Assembly (NCBI GenBank): GCA_973895155.1
Contig: OZ316898.1
Location: forward strand, 16,413,420 to 16,477,419
DNA length: 64,000 nt
Direction: 5' to 3'
Origin: Marsupella aquatica
Lineage: Eukaryota; Plantae; Marchantiophyta
Program-made: the position numbers and the translations under genes
The notes under the pieces: generated by a model
Told to the model about the DNA's origin: nothing
What the model saw: the letters and a program-made list of their open reading frames with translations, nothing else
Database searches by the model: none
Part shown: piece after piece, positions 38,302 to 49,014 of the stretch
Layout: each line of letters starts with the position of its first letter
How positions within the stretch are numbered: position 1 is the stretch's first letter

Positions 38302-39361
38302 TTACGACACCGGTGGTGGATCCTCAATGGACGCCCCCAATGGTTCCTCCGCAACCACTGCCGTTGGTCCATCCTCTGACAGATTACCTGCCTCTGACCA
38401 AGTCAACTTTTCATCGGCCTGACTGGGCCCACCCTCGGCTTCGGCATCGGCTCAAGAATCATTCTCGGCTACGGCCGCAGCCTTGGCTTCAGCCACTGTC
38501 TCCCCGGCCTGCTCAAGAGGTGGATCTGGGATACCGGCCTCATTGCTGAGTAGTTCGGCTTGGGCCGCGCCATCCCCACCTTTGGTGATAGCGGAATCTA
38601 TTGCCGTGTTCATGCCGGAGGTTGGTGCCGGTTTGAGTACGGCTTGAGGGGTCGAATAACCTCCGGACCCCGAAGGTTTCCGCTTCTTCTTCTTCACTAT
38701 CTCCACAGCCTGTTCCTTCCCCTTGCCGCCAACGTCCGGCACCGGGCCGTGTGTCACGGCTGGTCCTTCGGTAATTACCACCCCTGGTAACTGGTTTGCC
38801 CCAACGGGAGATGGACCTGATGCAGCTAAGCATTTAAATACTGTGGCTTGTTTCTTCAGCCGCTCAGTTTGGTTGTCGGCCCGCCGCTGTAGGTTCTCCA
38901 TCTTCCTTGTGATTTCCTCCAACTCCTCCTGGGTCTCATCCAGGTCCTTACGTGCCTTCTCCAGCTCGTTTTTGGCTTCCTCCAATTCCCTGTGGGCTTC
39001 CTCCAATTCCTTCTTGGTGGTAGCCCTCTCCTCCTGGGTTGCTCTCAGCTCCTTGTCGAGCTCCGCTACGACCTCAGACTCCATGTTATTCATCTTGGCA
39101 TAAGTCTGGTCGAGCTGGGCGTCCTTCTCCCGCAGGTCGGCCTTGAAGCTGGCCGACAGGGACGCAAGCTCCTGCTGTAGCACAATAATCCCTTGACAGG
39201 ATTTCCCTAACTCGGCCTCCTTCTGTTCAAGGGCTCCATGGATTTTCTCGAGCTCTCCCTTCAGCGCCCTCTCCCTTCTCTGAGTCTCCGCCGTGACCCG
39301 GTTGTTGACTGCTATATGGGCCTCCTCTGCGTTTCTCAGCTCCTTCTTCCATTTCTCCCTC
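38302..39361 (-). pseudogene. 3' part of a coiled-coil retrotransposon accessory gene, antisense to the 35914 LTR
   Basis: Homologous to 5070-5870; homology stops abruptly at ~39361, where Bianca leader sequence begins. Confidence 0.7.
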
Positions 39362-40948
39362 CGGTTTGCGCTCTCTCTTATCTTCTGTTGTTGGTCCCAA
39401 TCCTTCCTTCGACAAGGGGAAATCCTCTGAATCTTCTGCTTCACTCGCTTATTGTGGCATGGTTCCTTCCTTCATTCCTTCCCTCTGGTCACTTCTTGCT
39501 GCATTCCTTCATATTCATTTCCGAATTTCAACGCCTCCACATCGCATCACTATTTCGCTCTGTGGTGGTCTGTTTGTGTCCCGTGAATTGTGCCGTCTTC
39601 TCTACCTATGATGTGACATTCTGGTTCTTATCTCTGGGGCCTCCTCGATATTTCATGCTAAATGCCGTCGATGTCACTGCCTTGTTATCCTTATTGCCAA
39701 AATCGATACGGCACTTGTATCGTTCTGGATGCGGTATCGTACTCGAATGACTCGGGCCTCCTTCTCCCCTATCCTTATCATTGTGTGCCGAATTGTATCT
39801 GGGTCCGATCCTTCTTCTCTGTAGTTAGTTTTGTGTGTCTCTGAAACAGGTGGACTTCAAGGTAGTCGGTGGCCCGGTCGGTAAGTCTTGCTCTGTGTGA
39901 GGGCCCTTGTTCAAGATTGGGTCGTCTGGTCAATTTCAAAAGGAAAATTCTCTTTCATCAAAGCGCCTTTGTCGTTCTTCCTTCTTCGAAATTCATTGGA
40001 ATGCACTTTGAATCTCAGCCAGTGCGTATGATTTTGTCATTCCTTTAGGTCAGATCAAGCAGGGCGTTCACTTGCGTTCGTGAAAACAATCCATTCGGTT
40101 CATAATCCTCGGAACGCGGGAAAAACTTTGAAGGTTCAGTTCACCATCGCCAGGCCCACGTTGTGCACATGGATGCACATGAAAGGAATGCCGATGTGGA
40201 GATAGGGAATTAGTAGAATCTGATGAAAACTCTTCGGCTTCTCTAGCTAGCCGCTTCCGCCTTCAGAGATAACAATCCCTTTTTCCTTGATTGACATGAC
40301 CTCACCTCGCATCACTATAGGACTCTCTCATCCGCAAATTTTGTGCACGCTATGACGCAATTCTTTATCCATCACATCACAATCCTTAATTCCGCCATCT
40401 CTCTCTCGTTCATTCAGCTTTTTCCAGTGATACATCGCCAAATTCGTTCATACCTCTCTCTGCCCCTCTAACAAAGCTCCGTCATGGCTCGGACTCTTCA
40501 GGTCTTAGAGTGAATCAGTCATGGCCTAAAAAAAAAAAATTCAGCCAGTCTCAGGTTGTCCTTATCGTCTTCGAACGATGTTGCGCTTCTTTCATTGATT
40601 CGTCAATGTCCTTGTTAAAAATTTTATTTCTGAAAGTGCTCACAGTTGTCGAATGGTTGCCTTCGGTCCTCTTTCCCGGATCTGCCTTACTCGGTCTTTC
40701 TTAATCCTGCTTCGATCCTTATGAGATTATCAATGTCTTCTTCTTTTCGTTGTTCAATTCGCCCTTCTTCTTAAAAATTTCATGGCCTTGCTCCGCTCAG
40801 CCTCGTAGAGTCGTGCTGATAACGTGTTGTAGGATAAACGAGACAAAGAGTTGGTTCCATCTTTACTCTTGGTAGGATATGTACATGTGGCTACGGCCTA
40901 AGTAGTTAGGGTAGTTACATAGGTAGTTATCCCAAAGGTAGACTTAAC
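39362..40948 (-). mobile_element. Truncated second Bianca-type copia: 5' LTR (~40825-40948), PBS and purine-rich leader only
   Basis: Minus-strand ...ACAACA|CGTTATCAGCACGA at 40811-40830; short LTR whose end resembles the 17529 LTR (GGTAGACTTAAC vs GGTAGAGTCTAAC); no gag-pol. Confidence 0.75.
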
Positions 40949-41474
40949 TCAAGTATGAGTTACAACAGAAACAATTTTTTGAAACATAAAAGACGGCTGC
41001 CAATTGAGATACACAAAATCCAAGACAAATACAAGTAGAAAAGAAAGGCCGGAAAAAACATTCGCATATATTATCGCAAAATAGAAAACGCGCTCGGCTT
41101 AAGTAATACAAAATGCAGTTATCAACATCAACAATCTGGCCTAAAAATCCCATCCATGAAGTCACGGTCGACACCATCGGAGGTTTTCGACTAATACATG
41201 AATAGCGCTCGGCGCTAGCCAAAAACTAACTAGAAAACTAGTCGTTTCTTGGAGACAAGATGCATCCAAACCCAGACAACATAGTCAAGATCCATTCCCT
41301 CCCACAAAATCCGTTGTCGTTTCAATAGCGCCCGGCGCTAGCCAAAACCTAAATAGTAGACAACCGGGAAAACCCTAACGCCAGAGCTGAGGTCGACTTC
41401 AATGCCACAAAATCCGGAAAACTTTAGCAGCGCCCGGCGCTAGCTTAAAGCGATCAGCAAAACGAAATTTCCAT

Positions 41475-41919
41475 CTAGCTTTCCGAGTTGCAATCATCAT
41501 CCACTCCTGCTGCTTCTCTCCGCCGATCTTTCTTGAAGCCGAGACCACGCAAACGAACGTATCCCTCTGAAGGTCCTCGACGAATAGCCTTCGTAAAATT
41601 TTCATTAGGAATATTACTGTCCTTAAAATCAACTCGCCCGAACATTTCTTGTACTCTTCGATCGATTGGGAGTACCCGGGTGAGACGAAAATTGACTAGA
41701 GAACGGAGGCGCAGGGGAATCAACAATCCAAGGGATGTTCTTCTCTCCAGGACTAATAGCCTCATCATACGGGAGAGCATGATGGTTCCGAAAAGTGGAA
41801 GTTTCAGTTTCTTCAGTCTCCATCCGCGATTCAAAAGAGCTGAAATGGCTCTCTTCCGGACGCACACGAGAAGGACGAAAAGCTGCCTCCCAATCCATTG
41901 GCTCATACTGACTCGCCAT
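41475..41919 (-). pseudogene. Possible small gene of unknown function (apparent frameshift near 41630)
   Basis: ATG-initiated 96-aa ORF (MASQYEPMDWEAAF...) overlapping a second frame that ends ...DDDCNSES*; no recognisable domain. Confidence 0.3.
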
Positions 41920-42074
41920 GTTTCAAAGATCTCGATCTAATATGTAACCTCTCCTCTCGTAAGAACGTCGTCCGCGAGTGCTATAGCCGACAAAGGTCAA
42001 AGAAAGGTCCGCAAAGACTAAGACGCCAGATAAAGGTCCGCGTACACTACCATTCCGAAACGACCATCAAACTA

Positions 42075-42410
42075 TCATCATCCCGTTCTATTGCCTCCCG
42101 AAACTATCTTCGCCTTGGTAACAGGTATCGTCCCGTTCTAGCGCCCTGCTCTAACGTCCCGTTCTATCGTCTTCCCAAAACAAAGTCTTCCCAAATGAAC
42201 TATCGTCCCGTTCTATCGTCATGTTCTATCGTCATCCCGAAACAAAGTCTCCCCTCCCGTTCTATCGTCCCGTTCTATCGTCCTCCCGAAACTATCGTCA
42301 TCCTCAACTATCGACATCCCCAACTCTCGTCGTCCCGAACAAAACTAAACTGAAACTAGAGTCGTCCCTTCCGCCCGGTCCCTAAACTATGGAATCATCA
42401 TCCTGAAACT
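42075..42410 (+). repeat. Degenerate short tandem repeats (CTATCGTCCCGTT-like)
   Basis: Multiple CGTCCCGTTCTAT and AACTATCGTC units between the two minus-strand genes. Confidence 0.7.
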
Positions 42411-42691
42411 ATGGTCCCCAATGGTTTTCCGACAATTGACTAAAGAACACAATCCAAATGGCAGTTGGTATCCAATGACGATGACCGTTGACAGGAAACA
42501 ACAAAGACTAGACGGCCATTTAGAGATTCCATTTGGCGAGCGCCAGGCGCTTGTAAAGAACAGAAGTCAAAAGTAATCAACAAGTAGAGAGAAATCAACA
42601 ATTTAAAAGGACCCTCAGCAGAGGGAAATAATACAGATGTTACAAGCGCCGGGCGCTGCTAAAAGATTTAGCCTCAACTACCCACTACTTC

Positions 42692-45600
42692 TCACGGTTC
42701 CGAAGATTCTGAGTCGGAACCAGAATCTGTACTCTGGGATCTGTCCATGGACACAGCCTCATCATCTACGTACTGGCTGCGGGAGAAGTCATCAACATAA
42801 GGATGTTTAATGAACTTTCGGTCAACACCCCTTCGTAACCGAAGACCTTTGTTTTCCCAGCAAAGTGTCCTTGCACTTTCTGCTTTCCTTGCGGCTTTCT
42901 CTGCATAGGAGGGAAGAAAAAACGGTTTTTCCGGTGTTTCTACGTTGTGTCTCGCGATCTTCCTCCGTAGTTTGAATCGTCTCCTTGCATTCCACTCTGA
43001 CCTGATATAACAAAGTCCATTTTGTAAGGCGCCTTTCCCCAAAACAACAAAAGAAATGTTATGAATTGACGGGAATGGAGAAAGAAGCTTACGAGTTTAT
43101 GAACATTACTCGAAAGAGTCATCACTATCGGTTTCATCTACAGCTGCACGACGCTCTCCCTTTTCCTCCTCGGAGTTTCTTGTACCTTGTTCCTCTCCAC
43201 CTTCACTCGATTCATCATCAGAATCAAAATTGAGAACCGACCAAAGCTTATCTTTTTTTTTTCTGTCGGCAGTAGGAACAGGTGGAGGTAACACTGCAAT
43301 CTCTTTGGGAGACAACAAATCCATGAAAACCTTTGAAGCGGTTTCAATAAATTCTTTCCGGTGTTCTATCCCGAGTACAAATCGTCCAGAGAAGTCGCCA
43401 GCAATGTAAGAGCCTCCAGCCCCAGCAGTCCAATCCATAAAAATATCACGAGGCCGTGTGACAAGCTCTATAACAGATTGCATAAAACCCACAGACAGAC
43501 GAGCATTTCCAGCAAACTCCATTTGCGGGAATGGATCTGATTTGAGCGAAGAGAGTCCGATCAAATTGGTAACCGAAGGGTCCTCACTGATGGACAGCGG
43601 CCGAAATTTGGGGTCTTTGGGAATTTTACATTTCCCATTAATTCGGCCAAATATGTCGAGCCTGAGGGTAAACATCTCTTGGTCTATCTTTGCCGCATAC
43701 ATCGGGTCAGACATCACAACATTATGCGAGCATATACACTGAAATTTCCTTGACTCCTGACAAGCAGCAATGACTTGCGACATGGGATCGTACTCCCCAT
43801 TGTGTAGAATTACAAGGAACCCATCATCTGATAAAAATGGATCCATGGATTTGAAAAAAGATCTAGCCATTGAGTGATCTGGAATGTTCCATTTAGGAAC
43901 CTTCTTATCAATGATAGATGGTTTGAACCCGGTCGGTAGGTAAATGAAGTCGGCATCCACTCCAAATGATCTTACTTTTCCCCCCCGAACAACTCCCTTC
44001 TCTTTAAATCCCAACTTAACGAGGTCTTTTCCCCATTTCTCCACATCACTAACCCACTCGGGCTTCTCCTCCTTGTTGAACGTCGAGTCAAAAAATTCAG
44101 AAAGACTTGTCTCAACCATGCAATGGCGAGACACAGTTGTTTTGAAGTTTCCAACTTCACGTTGGAAACCAGAAGCTATAACACTCTCCCTTAAAGATTG
44201 TCCACCTTCGACAGCTCTCTTTCATTTCTTCCTGGTACTCGTGGCGTCGATAGGAACTATAACCTTCCCTTTGTCGACTAGAGTAATGGGGTCCGATCGA
44301 GCTCCTGTGTTTGCCTCGGAAACTTCAGGTGTAGCATCCTTTTTCGTATCTCCTGTTCCCACCGTATTAGACTTCCTCCCTCCTAAAATATAACCAGGTC
44401 GTAGTTAGAATAAGTACTTTTAAAGTATTGAAAGAAGCTAGCGCCTGGCGCTAACCAAATGCAATTCACTTAAGTCGCAACCGAAGCCTAATAACTAAGA
44501 AAGAGAATACCCTCAACAAAATATTTTTTGCCAGCGCCTGGGGCTGGCAAAATCATGGATAGCAATACTTACTCTTCTTTCCAGATTTAGTAGACTCGCT
44601 CGGTGCTGCTAGCTCCGCTTTGGCTTTCGCGCGAGGTTTGCGACTCCGGTCCACATGCACAACAGTTGTTTCACAGATAGTTTGCAAGTTTGTGGCAGAC
44701 TTGTCTACATCGTCAAGTAGACCCTGCTTCATGTCGGACACAAGTTTTGCTGGCATCTGAGACTTTGAAAGCTTATGGAAGGCATCTTTTTCCCTTTGAT
44801 CAAAAGGAGAATCCCATCTATCTGTATCTAGATACCAGGGGCAGTGAGTTCTCTCCCATTTTGTCATTGGTCTCGGAGGAAATATGCCCTCCGTGGGGTA
44901 TATAGAGTACAAATCAGCCAAGGCATCATCTTCACTTATTGAAATCCACTTCATAAAAGCTGCAGGATATGCCCAGAAGTAATTAGGTTTGGTTACCTCC
45001 ATGTGCATGTAGAACCTATACACAAACCTCTTCGCTCGCTTCTGGTTTCTCTGGGTGTAATCTTCTTTGTCAGGGTACTTTGAAGGCCACATAGTGTGAA
45101 AGAACTTATTCTTCACGGAATCACCAAATCTCTTGAATTCATTTGTAACAAACTGAACTAGATCATCAAACAAACTACAATTCCACTCTTCCAATCTATT
45201 CGTGGGCATGGTTTGCTCAACTTCACGTAGACATGAATGTAACATGCCAGCAGCAATTCCCTCCACACTATTCCAAGTGATCCAAGTGTGGCACCACTGT
45301 TTGACTGGATCATCGTTAACACTTGCTGGGTGAAAAAACTGTCTCCGCAGCTCAGGATTGCAATGTGCCACAAGTAAAGTGCTTCGTAACTTTGGGTCTA
45401 GAGCAGAAACAGCGGTGAACAATTGTGCGCGGTCCATCGTACATACAACGGTGTCAGGCTTCTTCTCTCTCTTGTTTCTCTCTATGATAGCATACATTTC
45501 TGCACATGTACTGAGGAAATCTTCAAATTCAGGACTTAATAAGGGCGTAATTTTTGAAGACTTCACTGCCCAATCTTTGGTTGCGTCTTTCATCACGGCC

Positions 45601-46782
45601 GCATGCCGTTTTGAAATCTCATCCGCCGACCATGGACTCCCTTGAGCCTCCGCTGCCTCCATGTCGAGTTTGAATTGATGCGAGTACGACTTTATCTTAT
45701 TCTCACAAAGAATGTAAACAAGTGCTTCTTGTGGCATCTTCTTCGTATACCATGACCCCTTCCGAGTTTTCAGCCGAATGCTTTCAAACTTCTTGAAATT
45801 ACCCGGGTCAATCAGTTTACTGTAATACTTAAGGTCATGCGCCAGAATTCGTTTGATTCTGTCCACATCCAGGATCCAGGAAGGCTCTACAACTACTTGG
45901 CCAAGCCTACACGAACAAACGTTGAGAGTAAGAGTCAATGAAAAACAATTCATGTATAAGCAACGCCGAGCGCTAGTAAATACAGCACTCGCAAGATTTA
46001 AGGAAAGAACTGGAAATCATGAGAACTTACTGATTCACGGTGTGCATAGCTGCCTCAATTTCAATGAGAGATCCCTTGTCTCCTTTAAATATTGTACAGA
46101 GCACACGAGGATGATATTTTGGATTGTCCGGGTTCTCCTCTGTTACAAGCGTCCAGGAGTACAGCCTGTGATTTCCATCGAATACAGAGAACATCTTATC
46201 CTTCAAGACGAGAAAATCCGGGTCAGCCTCGCATTCAGCCTCAAACTTCTCGTTCTCCAATTGCCATATTGGATCCCATGAATCACGAATGTCCTGGGTA
46301 CAGGTCAGAACAATTCCGTTCTCATCCGTTGGCTGCACATAGAAACGCATCCCTATCGAAGAGTTGTAACCCATACTACGAAAAGAGTCTTTCAGCTTCT
46401 CGATGGAAGAGCTGTCTTTCTGCAGAGTACGAACCACCTCCATGTGAACCAATCGACACAGAGGGATTCGAGGCGGCTCCTTGTCAAATCCACGAGAATC
46501 CTTTCCAAAAGACATGACATATTTCGAAATGAGATCAGTCTCAGCAAGCGCGCAATCCGCAACATCCTGGATTGCAATTGTGTCTACATTGTCCATCTTT
46601 CTTCACAAAGGATTTGGACCCAAAACACCACTGACAGAAGTGAGCGGCAACAACTTTGAGGAACGAGTTACACGACGTGTATAGACTGAACCAGTAAACG
46701 AAGACTGCAAAGATTCAGAATAAGCTCGCTCCTGGTCAGGAACCGCAGTATACCCTCTGGAAGAAGAGGGGAATACCTCCAT
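42692..46782 (-). pseudogene. Spliced gene encoding a ParB/Srx-like domain plus an N4C/N6A DNA-methyltransferase-like domain; exons 46782-46031, 45906-44573, 44382-43110, 43001-42692 (1,223 codons, two in-frame TGA)
   Basis: Three phase-consistent GT-AG introns (124, 190, 108 bp) join four ORFs. FSVFDGNHRL (DGNHR at 46165-46179) is a ParB-like signature. MTase-like motifs: VDADFIYLPTG (43928-43960), FLSDDGFLVILH, and SVIELVTRPRDIFMDWTAGAGGSYIAG..GRFVLGIE (SAM loop 43415-43435). TGA codons at 46603-46605 and 44222-44224. Confidence 0.8.
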
Positions 46783-48261
46783 CGTCTTCCTTCTAGAAGC
46801 GTACAAACTATCGTACAATGAAATTATGGAACTATAATCATCTCTGAACGTGTAATATATTCTAGCGGGAGGATGACATAACCTAGAGGAAAGCCATTAG
46901 CTCTGATGTTTGGCGGTTTCCAACGTCTATATACGGAAGGTTTAATTACCAAAATCAAATGGTAGAAGATGCGTAACACACACGGAAGTCATAAGTTACC
47001 GTTGAATGTTACCGTCATTGATGGAGTGCGTCCAAATCTATAACGACTCTATAATGAGAATGGAACGTTTACTTGTGGAAAGGTAAAAAGGAGCTACGGA
47101 GTGAAAGTGATCCATTTTAAAACATTTTAACCTTACTTGAAGCTTATTTAGGTTTATCCGTCACCCGTTAATCCATTTTAAGCCTCAAAGGAATGTTATG
47201 GAAGAAAGCTAAGCAGTTTGAGGTTGGAAGGAAGAATCGCTTCGGACAAACAATCGCTTTCAAAGAAATCCGAAAGAAATCGCTCAGAACCGAAGCTGAA
47301 GAATCGCTTTGGAAGTTGGAAAATCGGTTTAGACTTTTGGAAGCAACTTTGACGGACGATTGCGGATCGGTCCGATGTTGGTTTGAGGAGATTTTTGGTG
47401 CGTTGGAAAGATCTTATCAAGGGCTATAAGGAGAATTTAATTTTGGTCCCAAAAGACCAACTTCAGAATAACCCAAACCGATTCTCCAAGGTTTTTTTGG
47501 CATATGTTACTTAAATCATTTTCTATCTCTTTTCTCACCTCTTGAGCCTTTTCATGAGTTAGATAGAGTAGGATATAGAGGGACATAGTTTAGTGTACCT
47601 TTAGGAATTAGATATAGAGAGTCTTAGTCTTAGTTTACCTTTTAGGACCTTTAGTTTAGATGAGAAAAGGTTTTTAGGCTTCTAAACCTTTTGGCATCTT
47701 AAACCTTTTGAGGGAGCCTTACAAGTGGACTCCCAAGATCATGATTCATTGTCTTTTCTTCAACATTGATTTTTGACCAAGTGTGGGTCTTTTTCTCATG
47801 CCAAATTTGGGCTTAGGAGAAAGAATTTAATGGAGAAGACTTGTACCACTCACATCAATTGAATTTCAAATATTTCATGAATCAAACTTAAGTATTCAAG
47901 TTTTGATGTTTGAATTAGTTGTAGGAAATAGATTTGAATGGATAACTAAGGTGTGCCTTTGAAATCTAGTTGAAATGGGAATTGTACCAACCTTCGTGAC
48001 GTAAAACCGATCACTAATAAGTGTATAAGGAAGTTAGAAGGAAGAGAAAACCTTTCAATCTATCGAGAAGAAGCCAAACCTAAGGAATTTCATTTCAGCA
48101 TTTGTGACATACTAATCGTTTCAGGATTATATAAGGAAAAATAGCAAAGAAATCGCTTGAAGATTTCAAACATCACAAAACCTTCTTTACGGTACCGAAT
48201 TTTGGTATTTAAGGATAAAAGTATATACATTTGTATTATTCCACTTACCACATATTCTTTT

Positions 48262-48279
48262 TGGCGCCGCTGCCGGGGA
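48262..48279 (+). promoter_or_regulatory. Primer-binding site, tRNA-Asp type (Athila-like)
   Basis: TGGCGCCGCTGCCGGGGA, 9 nt after the LTR end. Confidence 0.85.
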
Positions 48280-49014
48280 ATAAATCAAAAGCGATTTATG
48301 AAGGAGGCCAAGAGAATTGGCCGAAATAAAGATTGAAGTACAGACAGACAATCGATTTTGATACGATCAACGAATTGTGTAAGGACAAGAAAGATAATTC
48401 ACGACAAGAGGAGGATTCAGCAGGTGGACAATCAGATTGATTCGTGAAGGAACATATACTTTGTAAATATGGACGATTCAATGCTCTTTGGCTCTCCTTT
48501 TACATTTAAAGTAAAACCTTTCTCAATAGACAATGCTCCTTCAGCGTTGGTTAAGTTACTGAAAGAAGAGGCAAAAATGGAGATAGCAAAAAAGGAAGTC
48601 AGGGGGAAGGCCAAGAAATCGCTTAGAAAAGTAAAATCACCTGCTAGCAAAGGATCTCCATTACCACCTCTGAATTGAATGGACCTATTGGCCTTAAGGG
48701 AAGTAAATCTTTTCCGTTAACATTTTTTAATTTTAGTTAGGCTAGAAAAGTAAAGAGAGAAACCGATTCTTAGAAAAATTAATGGAGAAATCTTGGGTGA
48801 CAATCGGTTCCGACGGATATATCATTTTTTGTTTCTGTATTTTTGTTTCTTGCTTCCAATGAATTAATCGGTTGGGGAGAAAGATCGCTTCCTTTGTTTT
48901 AGAATTTTGGGATATGGCAAGACTCTTTAGTTCATATGCAAAGATTTCATGAGTAGGGACATTACTAACCCTTCTGAACGAGAAAAGAGATATAACAATC
49001 AAGAACAAAAGTAA

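Larger units (their letters stand above)
41203..45974. repeat. Dispersed 13-bp palindrome AGCGCC-N-GGCGCT (8 copies)
   Basis: Copies start at 41204, 41327, 41429, 42539, 42645, 44440, 44533 and 45962; five are perfect and three have 1-2 mismatches. Confidence 0.9.

Noticed and set aside
38452-39444. 330-aa ORF as an intact myosin/SMC-like host gene
   Set aside because: It is chimeric: the first ~27 codons come from Bianca leader sequence and the rest is a truncated TE-associated coiled-coil gene with a paralogue inside the Harbinger.
41488-46684. Plus-strand ORFs overlapping the ParB-MTase block, and similar antisense ORFs over the gag-pol genes
   Set aside because: They are shadow frames of the opposite-strand coding sequence and carry no motifs.
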